In this document: piece by piece, positions 30,859 through 41,385 of the stretch
How the letters are laid out: each line of letters starts with the position of its first letter
How positions within the stretch are numbered: position 1 is the first letter of the stretch
Origin: an uncultured Alphaproteobacteria bacterium
GTDB lineage: Bacteria > Pseudomonadota > Alphaproteobacteria > JAAXGF01
Length of the DNA stretch: 64,000 nt
Direction of reading: 5' to 3'
Assembly (NCBI GenBank): GCA_964645285.1
Contig: CAZYDR010000002.1
Location: 5,484-69,483 of the forward strand
Notes under the pieces: generated by a model
What the model was told of the DNA's origin: nothing
Seen by the model: the letters and a program-made list of their open reading frames with translations, nothing else
Databases searched by the model: none
Translations under genes and position numbers: made by a program

Positions 30859-32445
30859 ATGACGGATGCCGCTGCTGCCAAGGCTACGAAACGTGGTTCT
30901 CGTCGCCGGGGCCGCGAGCAACGCGCGGCCGAGAGGCGCGCCACCAAGGCAACGCCTTCGACGAGCGGGGGATTTTCCGGTGGTGCTTTCAAACCGCTCA
31001 GCGCGCAGGAGGTTGCCCGGGTTCATGGGGCGGCGCTGGAGGTTCTCGAGACCATCGGGATCGGTGATCCAACCCAGGAACTGCTCGATATCGTACTGCC
31101 CAAGGGTTGTGTCGTGGGCCGGGGCGGCCGGCTCTGTTTCCCGGCCAGCCTCATGGAAGACATCCTGGCCATACCACAGCCCGATTTCACGGTCTTCGCC
31201 CGCGGCGGGCGGTCACCGGAGTGGGACGTTCATATTGGCGGCGACAAGGTCTATACGGCCATCGGCGCCGAGGCGGTGATGATCCTCGATGGGGAAACCC
31301 GCACCTACCGCCAGACCGTGCTGAGGGATCTTTACGACCTCGCGCGGTTCGCCGATGCCCTGGAAAACATCCACCTCGCCGGCCAGCAGGCCCATCTCCA
31401 CGATGTTGAAGACATCCTTGAGCAGGACATCAACACCATCTATGCCCTGGCCGCAGGCACCGACAAGCCGTTCACTTGTTCCCTGCGCAACCGTGGCAAC
31501 ATCGCGCCGGCCCTCGAACTCCTCGATATGATCGCCGGCGGCGCTGGACAGTTCGCCATCCGGCCGTTTTGCACCTTTGGGCCGATTGCCGTGATCTCGC
31601 CGTTGCGTTTCGAGGAAGACCGCCTCGGCATGCTGATCGATATCGCCCGAAGCGGATTGATGAACGATGCCTCAAACGCGCCCATGGCCGGGGCCACCGC
31701 TCCGGCTCCGCTGGCCGGCGTGCTGGTCCAGGGCACCGCCGAGATGCTCGCCACTATCGCCGTGATCAAACTGACCAATCCGGATTGTCCTGTGCTCTTC
31801 GCACCGTGGCCGTTCCTCGCCGATCTCCGCACCGGCGCCTTCGCCTCTGGGTCGGGCGAGAGCGCGGTGCTTGGCGCGGCCTATGCCCAGATGGGCAAGT
31901 TCTATGGCTATCCCACCAGCCATGGCGCCGGTATGACCGATGCCAAGATGCCCGACGCCCAGGCCGGATTCGAGAAGGCCTCGCTCGCCATGCTGGTTGG
32001 CCAGTCCGGGGCCAACCGCATCAAATGCGTCGCCGGTATGCTGGCCGGCATCAAATGCTGTTCCCTTGAATGCCTGGTCACCGACAACGATCTTCTCGGC
32101 GTGGTCTTGCGCAGTATCCGCGGCATCGAGGTCACCGACGAGACACTCTCCGTCGAAACCATCCGTGATGTGGTGTTCGACACGGGGCATTATCTTGGCC
32201 ATTCCCAGACCATGAAATTCATGGAGACCGAGTACACCTATCCGTCGTTGTCCGACCGGACATCGACCGACGAATGGGAACTTGCCGGTTCGCCGAGCCT
32301 GTTCGAGCGGGCGCGGGAACGGACCAGGAAAATCTACGACAGCCATTACCCCCAGGTCATCGATCCGGCAACCGACGCCGCGATCCGCACCAAATTCCCC
32401 ATCCACCTGGCCCGCGAGGACATGTCGCCCAAGGACAGTGGTTGA
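30859..32445 (+). CDS. MttB-superfamily (trimethylamine methyltransferase family, non-pyrrolysine) methyltransferase
   Basis: 528 aa TIM-barrel MttB family with no in-frame TAG. Immediately follows the Mo-hydroxylase large subunit with a 3-bp gap. Confidence 0.7.
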   Translation: MTDAAAAKATKRGSRRRGREQRAAERRATKATPSTSGGFSGGAFKPLSAQEVARVHGAALEVLETIGIGDPTQELLDIVLPKGCVVGRGGRLCFPASLMEDILAIPQPDFTVFARGGRSPEWDVHIGGDKVYTAIGAEAVMILDGETRTYRQTVLRDLYDLARFADALENIHLAGQQAHLHDVEDILEQDINTIYALAAGTDKPFTCSLRNRGNIAPALELLDMIAGGAGQFAIRPFCTFGPIAVISPLRFEEDRLGMLIDIARSGLMNDASNAPMAGATAPAPLAGVLVQGTAEMLATIAVIKLTNPDCPVLFAPWPFLADLRTGAFASGSGESAVLGAAYAQMGKFYGYPTSHGAGMTDAKMPDAQAGFEKASLAMLVGQSGANRIKCVAGMLAGIKCCSLECLVTDNDLLGVVLRSIRGIEVTDETLSVETIRDVVFDTGHYLGHSQTMKFMETEYTYPSLSDRTSTDEWELAGSPSLFERARERTRKIYDSHYPQVIDPATDAAIRTKFPIHLAREDMSPKDSG

Positions 32446-32542
32446 GTTTCGAAGAGGCTTGTCTCAGAAAGCCCTGGGGCTGATCATCGGCGCCAATCAA
32501 TCGTGAGACTTGAAAACAGCCGACTGCCCAGAGGAGCGCAGA

Positions 32543-33169
32543 ATGGAACAACAGCTAGCCACGCCCCGTCGCCGGGACCGCCAGGTCCGGGATGAAAACT
32601 GGATTCGGGAGATGTTGACGTACTCGCTGTTTTGCACGGTCGCGACGGTCTTGGATGACCAGCCGTTCCTGCGCCCCTCCGCTTTCATTTATGTGGAGGC
32701 GGACCACGCCATATACATTCACGGCGCCCACGCAGGGCGGGCTATCGACAACGTCAAGGAGGAGCCGCGGGTATGTCTCTGCGTATACGAAGTGGGAGCG
32801 TTTCGCATGGATGACTTCGCGTTTTCTTTTTATCAGGAACAAGCCGGCGTCATGGTTTTCGGCACCACATCAACCGTATTGGACAATGACAAGAAACATG
32901 CGGTCATGCAGGCGCTGATGGAAAAGCACACGCCTCACCTGACGGTCGATGTGGATTATCGGCCGGCGAATTCGAAAGAGATTGACGTGACAACGGTCAT
33001 TCGCATCGATATCGACCGGTGGTCCGGAAAGCTGAAGTGGACCGAGGAGCCCGAACGCGAGCGCTATTTCTATGAGGATGTCATTGGTGACAGGAAACCT
33101 CGATTGCCGTGGACCCACGATATGAGCGATGACCCGCTGACCGCGGAATGGAAGAAGTCAGTGAAATAG
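32543..33169 (+). CDS. Pyridoxamine 5'-phosphate oxidase-like FMN-binding split-barrel protein (NimA-like)
   Basis: Split-barrel pattern. AGGAG 7 nt upstream of ATG 32543. Confidence 0.55.
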   Translation: MEQQLATPRRRDRQVRDENWIREMLTYSLFCTVATVLDDQPFLRPSAFIYVEADHAIYIHGAHAGRAIDNVKEEPRVCLCVYEVGAFRMDDFAFSFYQEQAGVMVFGTTSTVLDNDKKHAVMQALMEKHTPHLTVDVDYRPANSKEIDVTTVIRIDIDRWSGKLKWTEEPERERYFYEDVIGDRKPRLPWTHDMSDDPLTAEWKKSVK

Positions 33170-33222
33170 GTCAGTGCCCCGCGTTCTTGACGCCGAGGCG
33201 ACATCGATTGAATGTGGCGACC

Positions 33223-34119
33223 ATGACAAAACTCAACATCGAACCTCTGAACAGTGACTTCGGCGCCCGGGTGACCGGGGTGGCGTTATCCGGCGACATT
33301 GAACCCGGCGCCATGGCGATGATCCGCGATGCCGTCGAGACCTACTCCATACTGTGTTTTTCCGACCAGGACATGAGTGACGAGAAGCAACTGGCGTTCA
33401 CCCGCCTGCTGGGGGAGCCCGAGGCCGAGCATGTGACCTTTGGCTCGACCGGCGAGGTCATATATTTAGGCACCGTCGGCAACGTGGAGGATGACGGCTC
33501 CAAACGCGACAACGCTTATGCCGGCACCCGTTATCAGACCGGAAATCAGCTATGGCATTCGGACTCGTCGTTCCGTGAGGTGCCGTCCGGCGCCTCGATT
33601 CTTCATGCCTATGAGGTGCCGGGCGAAGAGGGCGCCACCGAATTCGCCAGTATGCGAACCGCCTACGGGCGGCTGCCTGATGATCTCCGCGATACCATCG
33701 ACCCACTGTACGTAATCTACGACTACGTGTTTTCGCGAAGCCAGGTCGCACCGGTCAATCCCAATCACGCCGCATCCCTGCCGCCGGTCATGCACAAACT
33801 GGTGCGGGAAAACCCGGCGAACGGCTTGAAGAACCATTTCGTTGGCTCCCACGCCCGATCTATCCCCGGCTGGTCCGGTATAGACAGCCGCCGCCTGCTC
33901 GATGATTTGCTTGAGCGCACGGTGGAGCCGGCCAACATCTATTCTCACGACTGGCAGGTCGGCGAGACGGTGATCTGGGACAACCGTTGTATCCTGCACC
34001 GGGGCACGGGCTATGATGCCGACCGCTGGCGCCGCCGCCTGCGCCAGACCCGCGTTGTCGGCCATGAGCCCGGCATCATTCCCAACCCGGCCCGGACCGC
34101 GAAGGCTGACCAGACATGA
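33223..34119 (+). CDS. TauD/TfdA-family Fe(II)/2-oxoglutarate dioxygenase
   Basis: HxD...H facial triad (WHSDSSF...H) and a C-terminal R. Confidence 0.7.
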   Translation: MTKLNIEPLNSDFGARVTGVALSGDIEPGAMAMIRDAVETYSILCFSDQDMSDEKQLAFTRLLGEPEAEHVTFGSTGEVIYLGTVGNVEDDGSKRDNAYAGTRYQTGNQLWHSDSSFREVPSGASILHAYEVPGEEGATEFASMRTAYGRLPDDLRDTIDPLYVIYDYVFSRSQVAPVNPNHAASLPPVMHKLVRENPANGLKNHFVGSHARSIPGWSGIDSRRLLDDLLERTVEPANIYSHDWQVGETVIWDNRCILHRGTGYDADRWRRRLRQTRVVGHEPGIIPNPARTAKADQT

Positions 34120-35154
34120 CGTCCTCCCGAACGCTCCCTGATTTTCGGATTGATCTTGATGGCGGCGGCGCGCCGCCGCCGGTGGAAGAAATCTGCGCCC
34201 GTTCCGCGCGGGACGGCGAGATACCAATCATCGACGTGAGCTCGCTCATTGCCACTTCACCGGACCAGGCCGAGGTAGCGCGACGGATCGCCGAGGCTTG
34301 TGAGCAGACCGGATTTTTTTGCCGTCGGCCACGGCATGCCCGACCGGGTGGTGGCGGACGCGTTCGGCCATGCGCGGTCGTTCTTCGAACAACCCGAGGC
34401 GGTCAAACAGGAGACGGCGGTGAACGCCGGCCAGCGCGGATACCGAAGATCCGGCACGGTCACTGTTCCGGGCAGTCCGCCGGATGCCAAGGAGATCTTC
34501 GATCTTGGTGTCGACCTGCCCGTGGGGGACCCGGATGTGGTCGCCAATAAGCCCATGCACGGCCCTAATCAGTGGCCGTTCCTGACCGGGTTTCGCGGCG
34601 CCTTGGAGACCTACTACGATGCGGTTGTCGCTCTCGGCCAATCCCTGCTGCCGGGATTTGCCCAGGCGCTCGATCTGCCGGCGGACTTCTTTGCGCCCTT
34701 CCACCACAAGCCGTTCATCACGTGGCGGGTCATGCGTTACCCGCCGACACCCGAAAGCCCCGGCCAGTTCGGCACCGCGCTACATACGGATTTCGGTACG
34801 CTCACCCTGCTTGCGCAGGATGACAAAGGCGGACTTGAAGTGCGGCTGCGCTCCGGCGAGTGGATCGAAGCGCCTCACGTCCCCGGATCGTTCATCGTCA
34901 ATATCGGTGACTTGATGGCCTGCTGGACCAACGACCGTTTCACCTCGACGGCCCATCGGGTTACCAATCGATCCGGTGTTGATCCCTATTCGATTCCGTT
35001 ATTTTTCAACCCGAGTTTCGATACGGTCGCCGAATGCTTGCCGAGCTGCCACACGGCGGAAAACCCAGCCCGCTACGAGCCCATCCACTACGGCCGGTAT
35101 ATCCAGGCGATCTACGGCCGTATCTTCCGGCGTGATGAAGGTGAGCCGGCCTAG
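34116..35154 (+). pseudogene. Isopenicillin-N-synthase-like 2OG-Fe(II) oxygenase with a frameshift in a T7 homopolymer (34313-34319)
   Basis: DIOX_N (IPIIDVSSL...CEQTGFF) is in frame A. Frame B continues FFAVGHGMP...HTDFGTLTLL...H. The junction lies exactly in GGATTTTTTTGCC. Confidence 0.6.
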
Positions 35155-35214
35155 GTCTGGCACTGGATCACAGTACTACGCTAATAATCGACGTCAGAGG
35201 AGCGACAGAACCAC

Positions 35215-35859
35215 ATGAAAATGGTCCGACTAGATTCCCCCGCCCAACTCGATATGGCCATTGGCGAGGCCATGTTCAGCCAACGCTCGATCCGCCGTCT
35301 CGACCGCGACCGGCCCATCGATGACGCGAGTTTGAAGATCGTGCTGGACGCTGCCTCAAAGGCGCCCAACGGCGGCAATACCCAACCGGGGCGCTTTCTG
35401 GTCATCCGTGACCCCGGCAGCATCGCCGCCTTCGGCGATCTCTACTACGAGGCCTGGTGGGCCAAACGCAAGGACGCCTACGGGTGGCTGCCCGGCCACG
35501 ACATACCGGCGGAGTCGCCCTACCGCATGGCGTCTCTACTGGCCGACGAACTGCGTCATGCGCCAGTGGTTGTTCTGGCCTTCGCCATGGGCGGCGGCGG
35601 GGCGAGTTCGGTGTTTCCCGGGGTTCAGAACCTGCTGCTGGCGGCCCGTGCTCTCGGTATCGGGTCGGTGCTGACGACCTTGCATCCGAGCGTCATGGAC
35701 CGGGTCAACGAGATGTTCGCCGTGCCGGCCGAGGCGACCTTTCACTGTTGTATCCCGCTCGGTTATCCCCGAGGCAATTTCGGGCCGACCCAACGCTTTG
35801 CCACGGCGGATACCACCTACTGGGACCGCTGGGACGCCCGCCCACCCTGGTCGGATTGA
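35215..35859 (+). CDS. Nitroreductase family protein
   Basis: FMN-binding nitroreductase fold (RSIRRL...GGNTQP). Confidence 0.7.
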   Translation: MKMVRLDSPAQLDMAIGEAMFSQRSIRRLDRDRPIDDASLKIVLDAASKAPNGGNTQPGRFLVIRDPGSIAAFGDLYYEAWWAKRKDAYGWLPGHDIPAESPYRMASLLADELRHAPVVVLAFAMGGGGASSVFPGVQNLLLAARALGIGSVLTTLHPSVMDRVNEMFAVPAEATFHCCIPLGYPRGNFGPTQRFATADTTYWDRWDARPPWSD

Positions 35860-35885
35860 CGATCCCGCCCTAGGTTTGGGGAACC

Positions 35886-36308
35886 ATGATCCGCTTTGCC
35901 ACCATCATACTATGCTTATGGGCAACCGGGCTGTCGGCCCAGTCAGTCACCCTGTCGGACGACGACCGCCTGGTGATTCAGGCTGTCATCACGGACCAAC
36001 TTGACGCCTTCCAGCGTGACGACTGGGCCGCCGCCTTCGCCCAGGCGACGCCCGATATTCAGGCCCGCTTCCAGACCGCCGCGAACTTCATGCGCATGGT
36101 GCGCGGCGCCTATCAGCCGGTCTATCGCCCGCGCCAGGTGGAATTTCGCGACGTGGTCGATTTTCACGGCGCCCCGGCCCAACGAGTCTTCCTGATCGGC
36201 CCCGATGGCGTCCCCGTCATCGCCCTCTACCCCATGGAGCGCCAGCCCGACGGCGGTTGGCGCATCAACGGCTGCTATCTGCTGCGCGCCGACGAGAACT
36301 CGGTGTAG
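35886..36308 (+). CDS. DUF4864-like secreted protein
   Basis: Signal peptide plus ~120 aa domain. Weak assignment. Confidence 0.35.
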   Translation: MIRFATIILCLWATGLSAQSVTLSDDDRLVIQAVITDQLDAFQRDDWAAAFAQATPDIQARFQTAANFMRMVRGAYQPVYRPRQVEFRDVVDFHGAPAQRVFLIGPDGVPVIALYPMERQPDGGWRINGCYLLRADENSV

Positions 36309-36642
36309 GCGCGAGATCGAGATACTCGAACTCGATGCGGTTGACTGGCGTGCCCGGCGCCACGCCATAGTGGCGGCAGAGCCTGGCGACGAAATCGTCG
36401 GGCGCCGTGTCCGACATTCCTTCCGGAGCCATCTCGGCCACGGTTATTGCACCCAAGGGCTCCCGCCGCGTCGAGACGATGCGAATCAGGCCCAGGCGCT
36501 TGATCTTTTCTCCGCGCTTAAGGCCCCTGGATTTTTCGACGCCGCACACTACGTCACCGGGCTTCACGAACCGCCAGCCGAAGCGGCGCGTCACGGTCTT
36601 GCTTCGCGCCAGGAATTGCGGCGTCGTCATGGCGAAGCTCAT
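36265..36642 (-). CDS. ASCH/PUA-like domain protein
   Basis: MSFAMTTPQFLARSKTVTRRFGWRFVKPGDVV resembles ASCH. Start uncertain. Confidence 0.3.
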   Translation of the reverse strand: MSFAMTTPQFLARSKTVTRRFGWRFVKPGDVVCGVEKSRGLKRGEKIKRLGLIRIVSTRREPLGAITVAEMAPEGMSDTAPDDFVARLCRHYGVAPGTPVNRIEFEYLDLAPTPSSRRRAADSSR

Positions 36643-36679
36643 GTTGCGGGGCATCGGATATTTCTCATCGATGAACCTC

Positions 36680-37804
36680 TCAAAACCCCGCCCGCGCCGC
36701 GCGCGCCAGAGCCTTGATGTTTTCTACCGAGGCCTTGAAGGGGATTTCGCAGCCGGTGCTCAAGACGAAGGGGGCCGGGGTTGGATTGTCCGGGGCCGGG
36801 CGGGTGCTTTCGATGCAGGCGCGGGCTTCGGCGTAGACTTGGTCGGCGGTGGCGCCGAGGACGATGCGGGCGTGGTCGACGTTGCCGATGCGGGCCTTGG
36901 GTTGGCCCTGGGACTCGGCGTGAAGGCAGACCCGGTTGGGGCAGGCGCCGGGGGTGGCGTGGGACAGCCGGCAATCGATGCCGTGATTGGCCTTGATGGC
37001 GGCGACGTCGCCGTGAGCGAAGCTTATCGCATCGACGTCATTCTCCAGGATGTCGCTGAAATAGGGGGTGTCGGCGCAGTTGTGCTCGATGAGCAGAGCA
37101 TCGGGGTTGGTCGCCCGCGCCGTGGCCAACAGGCGCTTGTGCCAGGGCATGACGAACTGGGTCAGGTGATGAGGGCCGATGAGCTCGCGGTTGGCGCCGG
37201 CGTTCTCGAACATAACCGCGTCAACGGCGCCGCTCGCCACCATGGCTTCCACATAGCGACCGGTGCCCTCGGTGATGTGGTCGAGCAAGGCCTCCACCCA
37301 GGGCGGGTCGGTGAGCAGATCGAGCAGCAGGTTGGTCATGCCTCGCAGTTCGCAGGCGACCAGGAAGGGCGACACCACCATGCCGATGATGAACAGGTCG
37401 TCGCCGGCGCCCCGGCGTAGCTGTCCCAGTGCCTCGATGGCGAGCGGCATGCGGCCACTGATCGACGGGTCGGGCCTGGCCAGACGGCCCAGGTCGCGGT
37501 CGTCCTCGAGCGGACGACCGGTGATGATCGGGTAGTAGTCCAGGGGCTGCTCGATCCGGCCGCCAAAGGCCTCGGCCTCGACGGTCAGGCAACCCCAGGG
37601 AACCATGGCGCTGTCGTGGCCGAACATCTCGGCAGCGCAGAGCTGGGCTTCGGCCATTAGCGCCGGGTCGGCCTGAGTTTTCGCCATGCGCGTACCGGCC
37701 TGTTCCAGCACGTGGCGGGCGCCGCCGAGAAACATATAGGCCAGGGCCGGGCGGTCGGTGGCGTTGCCGCACAGGGCCCCGGCCATGCGTTCTCTTGGTG
37801 TCAT
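36680..37804 (-). CDS. Uroporphyrinogen decarboxylase (URO-D) family protein, MtaA/CmuA-like methyltransferase fold
   Basis: 374 aa URO-D-like TIM barrel. Confidence 0.6.
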   Translation of the reverse strand: MTPRERMAGALCGNATDRPALAYMFLGGARHVLEQAGTRMAKTQADPALMAEAQLCAAEMFGHDSAMVPWGCLTVEAEAFGGRIEQPLDYYPIITGRPLEDDRDLGRLARPDPSISGRMPLAIEALGQLRRGAGDDLFIIGMVVSPFLVACELRGMTNLLLDLLTDPPWVEALLDHITEGTGRYVEAMVASGAVDAVMFENAGANRELIGPHHLTQFVMPWHKRLLATARATNPDALLIEHNCADTPYFSDILENDVDAISFAHGDVAAIKANHGIDCRLSHATPGACPNRVCLHAESQGQPKARIGNVDHARIVLGATADQVYAEARACIESTRPAPDNPTPAPFVLSTGCEIPFKASVENIKALARAARAGF

Positions 37805-37923
37805 GGTCTGGGATTGTAGACCGGCGCTGCCAGTCTGTGAAACTGGACGAGGGGACTGGGTGGTGCCATATTCGGCGCGCCGTTTAATACGGCACTTGTT
37901 GTGACGAACACATGGGGGCGGCT

Positions 37924-38280
37924 ATGGCGACCATAGGCATGCATCTGATGACCTGGTTGAAAGGCGAGCTGGTCGGCGAAGACCAGTTCGGCAATCGCTA
38001 TTACCGGGAGAAGGGGACGCCGAGCCGCAATCGGCCGCGGCGCTGGACTCTGTTCAAGGGCAAGACCGAAGCGTCCAAGACGCCGCCGGAATGGCACGCT
38101 TGGCTCCATCGCATGATTGACGAGCCGCCCAGTGAAAAGCCCCTTGAGACCAAGCCGTGGCAGCAGCCCCACTTGCCGAACCTGACGGGCACCGACGCCG
38201 CCTATCGCCCGCCCGGCGACCTGACCAATGGGGAACATCCCAAGGGCATGCCGCCGCCCTATGAGGCCTGGCGCCCCTAG
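37924..38280 (+). CDS. NADH:ubiquinone oxidoreductase subunit NDUFA12-family protein
   Basis: MATIGMHLMTWLKGELVGEDQFGNRYYRE is characteristic. Confidence 0.7.
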   Translation: MATIGMHLMTWLKGELVGEDQFGNRYYREKGTPSRNRPRRWTLFKGKTEASKTPPEWHAWLHRMIDEPPSEKPLETKPWQQPHLPNLTGTDAAYRPPGDLTNGEHPKGMPPPYEAWRP

Positions 38281-38287
38281 GGTCACC

Positions 38288-39067
38288 ATGACGGACAGCC
38301 CCGTCAGCCAGCACTGGAATCCCGAGCGCTATGTGCGTAACGCCGGCTTCGTCGCCGATCTCGGTGCGCCGCTGCTTGAGTTATTGGCGGCCAAGCCCGG
38401 CGAACGCATTCTCGATATCGGCTGTGGCGATGGGCGTCTGAGCCTGCTCATCATGGAGACCGGGACCACGGTGGTCGGCGTCGATGGCGCCCCTGGGATG
38501 GTCGCCGCCGCCTGTGATCGGGGTGTCGACGCCCAGGTGATGGACGGCCAGGCTCTCACGTTCGATACGGAATTTGACGCCGTGTTTTCCAACGCCGCGT
38601 TGCACTGGATGAACGATGCCGATGCGGTTATCGCCGGCGTGCGCCGGGCGCTGAAGCCGGGTGGGCGCTTTGTCGCCGAGTTCGGTGGCGGCGACAACGT
38701 AAAGCAGGTGGTTGCCGCCCTGGTGGCCGCGCTGGATCGGCGCGGGCTCCAGGGCCGGTCCTTCATACCGTGGTACTTCCCTACCGACGGGGAATACCGC
38801 GAGCGACTCGAGGCCGGCGGGTTTGCCGTCGACACCATTGCCCTGATCCCACGCCCTACCCCGCTGCCGGGGCTGATCGGCGATTGGCTCGATACCTTTG
38901 CCGAGAGCTTCCTGTTCGCCGTGCCGGAGACCGACCGCGACGATCTTAAGAACGAGGTCGTCGAAGCCCTGCGGCCGACTCTCTGCGATGACGGCGGACA
39001 GTGGCTCGTTGATTATGTACGCCTGCGAGTTACGGCCCGGCTGGCCGACTCATACCATCGGTCATGA
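38288..39067 (+). CDS. Class I SAM-dependent methyltransferase (trans-aconitate methyltransferase-like)
   Basis: ILDIGCGDGRLS motif I and a post-I acidic residue. Confidence 0.7.
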   Translation: MTDSPVSQHWNPERYVRNAGFVADLGAPLLELLAAKPGERILDIGCGDGRLSLLIMETGTTVVGVDGAPGMVAAACDRGVDAQVMDGQALTFDTEFDAVFSNAALHWMNDADAVIAGVRRALKPGGRFVAEFGGGDNVKQVVAALVAALDRRGLQGRSFIPWYFPTDGEYRERLEAGGFAVDTIALIPRPTPLPGLIGDWLDTFAESFLFAVPETDRDDLKNEVVEALRPTLCDDGGQWLVDYVRLRVTARLADSYHRS

Positions 39068-39162
39068 AGCATGGCCGATGGGCGTTCATTCGCCACGCAG
39101 CCAAGTTTCGTCGAACAAGGTCAGGCCAAACGGTTGGCGACGCCCATCCTGTTGCGAACAAA

Positions 39163-39612
39163 ATGGCGCGCTTGCCGGTAGCCGTCAAGATGACCGCTGG
39201 AAAAACATGGCTCGCCCTGGCCTTCCTGACGCTCACCGGGCCGGTGCTGGCGGGTGAGCCGGTGGCCATACTGCAAGGGCTCGACAAGGTTACGGCGCGG
39301 GTCTCGACAATCGAGGCGCCGCTCAATCGCCTGGTGCCCTTCGGCACCCTGGAGATCATCGTCCGCTCCTGTCACAAGACACCGCCCGAGGAGCCGCCGG
39401 AAAGCGCTGCGTTCATCGAGATTCGCGACGTCAAGCCGGGTGAGGCAGCGGTGTTTCTGTTTGGCGGTTGGATGTTCGCGTCGTCACCGGGTTTGTCGGC
39501 CCTGGAACACCCGGTCTACGACGTCTGGGTGCTCGACTGCGCCGAAGCGCCCGAGGCCGCCGAGGGGCTGGGCGACGATCCCGACGAGCCGCCGTCTTCA
39601 TCCGGCGAATAG
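39163..39612 (+). CDS. DUF2155-like periplasmic protein
   Basis: Signal peptide [22 protein letters not shown]. Commonly follows NDUFA12 in alphaproteobacteria. Start ambiguous (ORF from 39064). Confidence 0.45.
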   Translation: MARLPVAVKMTAGKTWLALAFLTLTGPVLAGEPVAILQGLDKVTARVSTIEAPLNRLVPFGTLEIIVRSCHKTPPEEPPESAAFIEIRDVKPGEAAVFLFGGWMFASSPGLSALEHPVYDVWVLDCAEAPEAAEGLGDDPDEPPSSSGE

Positions 39613-40202
39613 AACCGGGCGTCGGTGGCCAGGGCGCGGCGCAGGCGTTCGTGGTAGCGCTCACGAGTGATCTCGATTGCGCCGAGGGTTTCCAGGTGAG
39701 GGGTGATGAACTGGCTGTCGAGCAGTTGGAAGCCGCCGCGATTTAGGCGTTCAACCAAATGCACCAAGGCGACCTTGCTGGCGTCGGTGGCGCGGCTGAA
39801 CATGCTTTCGCCAAAGAAGGCGCCACCCAGTACAACGCCGTAAAGCCCGCCGACCAGGTCGCCGTCACGCCAGCACTCGACACTGTGCGCGGCGCCGCGA
39901 TGGTGAAGCTCGCCGTACAGTTCCAGAATCTGATCGTTGATCCAGGTTTCCATACGGCGGAGCGTCGGTTCGGCACAAAGCCCCATGACCTGGCGAAAGG
40001 CGCTGTCGGTGCGGACGTCAAACTCTTGTCGCCGAACCCGCCGGGCTAATCGCCGGGATACGTGCAGGCCGTCGAGAGGGATGATGCTGCGCATGTCCGG
40101 ATCCATCCAGTAGAGCCGTGGATCGTCGCGACGCTCGGCCATGGGAAATAGCCCGCTGGCGTAGGCCCGCAGCAGCACATCGGGGGTGAGAACGAACTCC
40201 AT
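39516..40202 (-). CDS. aat: Leucyl/phenylalanyl-tRNA--protein transferase
   Basis: [11 protein letters not shown]...WINDQ...GGLYGV...GESMFS motifs. Confidence 0.8.
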   Translation of the reverse strand: MEFVLTPDVLLRAYASGLFPMAERRDDPRLYWMDPDMRSIIPLDGLHVSRRLARRVRRQEFDVRTDSAFRQVMGLCAEPTLRRMETWINDQILELYGELHHRGAAHSVECWRDGDLVGGLYGVVLGGAFFGESMFSRATDASKVALVHLVERLNRGGFQLLDSQFITPHLETLGAIEITRERYHERLRRALATDARFYSPDEDGGSSGSSPSPSAASGASAQSSTQTS

Positions 40203-40301
40203 GGGAGGACTATATCACCGGCTGGCGAATTTTGCGGTTGCCGTATACTGTGAACGAGATATTCACTATTTGAATCAACCTATTATAATTCGAGTAGAGC
40301 G

Positions 40302-41312
40302 ATGCACATGGCCCTGAACGCGGTGTTGGACAATGGCATCCATGAGGCGTTTCGGGCGGGACAGCTATCCGGACTGCACAGCGTCCTGATCATCCACAAG
40401 GGCGAGGTTGTCGCCGAGTGCCACTTTCCGGGCGACGATGAACGCTGGGGCGACCCGCTTGTTACCGCGCAACCGGATGGCGCCAGTCTGCATGATTTGA
40501 GGTCGGTGACCAAAAGTATCGTCAGCCTGCTCTACGGCATGGCGCTTTCCAAGGGTCTGGTTCCCAGCCTCGATGAAAGCCTGGTCGAGCACTTCCCCGA
40601 ATACGCCGATCTGGCGGCCGACCCGCGCCGCCGCGAAATTCTTGTGCGTCACGCGCTGTCCATGCGGATGGGAACGGAGTGGAGCGAGGACCTGCCCTAC
40701 ACGGACCCGCGCAACAGCGAAATCGCCATGGAAATGGCCACCGACCGCTACCGTTTTGCCCTTGATCGTCCGCTGATCGGCGAGCCGGGCCTTGAGTGGA
40801 CATATAACGGCGGGGCTACGGCAATCATCGCCGGCCTGATCGCCAGGGGCGTTGGCAAACCTATCGATGTCTATGCCCGTGAAACCCTGTTCGAAGCCCT
40901 GGGCATCGACGAATTCGAATGGGTCAAGGGCGATGACGGTATCCCGGTGGCGGCGTCCGGCCTGCGCCTATCAATCCATGATCTGGCGAAGGTCGGCAAA
41001 CTGATCCTTGATGGCGGCGCCTGGGCTGGTAACCAGATTGTACCGGCCGACTGGCTCAAGGTCTCGATGTCGCCTCATGCGGATTTGCCCGACGGACTGC
41101 GCTACGGGTTCTTCTAGTGGCTGGCGCCCGGCGGCTTGCCGCCGCGCTGGGTTACCGGGTTTGGCAATGGCGGCTAGCGGCTCGCGATTGACCCGGCCAA
41201 TCAGCTGATCGTGACTGTCTTCGCGGGCAACTACAATCAGTCGAACGCACAAGAATTGGCGACGAAGATCATTGGAGACTTCGTTCTGCCCGCTGTCCGC
41301 GCGGCTCAGTAA
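40302..41312 (+). pseudogene. Serine hydrolase (beta-lactamase/esterase family) with two in-frame TAG codons (41115-41117, 41175-41177)
   Basis: SVTKS (SxxK) active-site motif. Reading continues in frame after each TAG (YGFF*WLAPGG...GNGG*RLAIDP...). Confidence 0.6.
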
Positions 41313-41385
41313 TCACGGTATTCCAGGCGCGAAAAAAAATCGGGCGGCCGAAGCCGCCCGAGATTTTGCTCATGTCCACGGTTGT

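Noticed and set aside
30859-32445. Possibility that in-frame TAG codons reflect pyrrolysine/amber reassignment, since an MttB-family gene is present
   Set aside because: The MttB-family ORF itself has no internal TAG (non-Pyl type). Intact genes such as ndk, purN and alkA terminate with TAG. Premature stops also include TAA and TGA.
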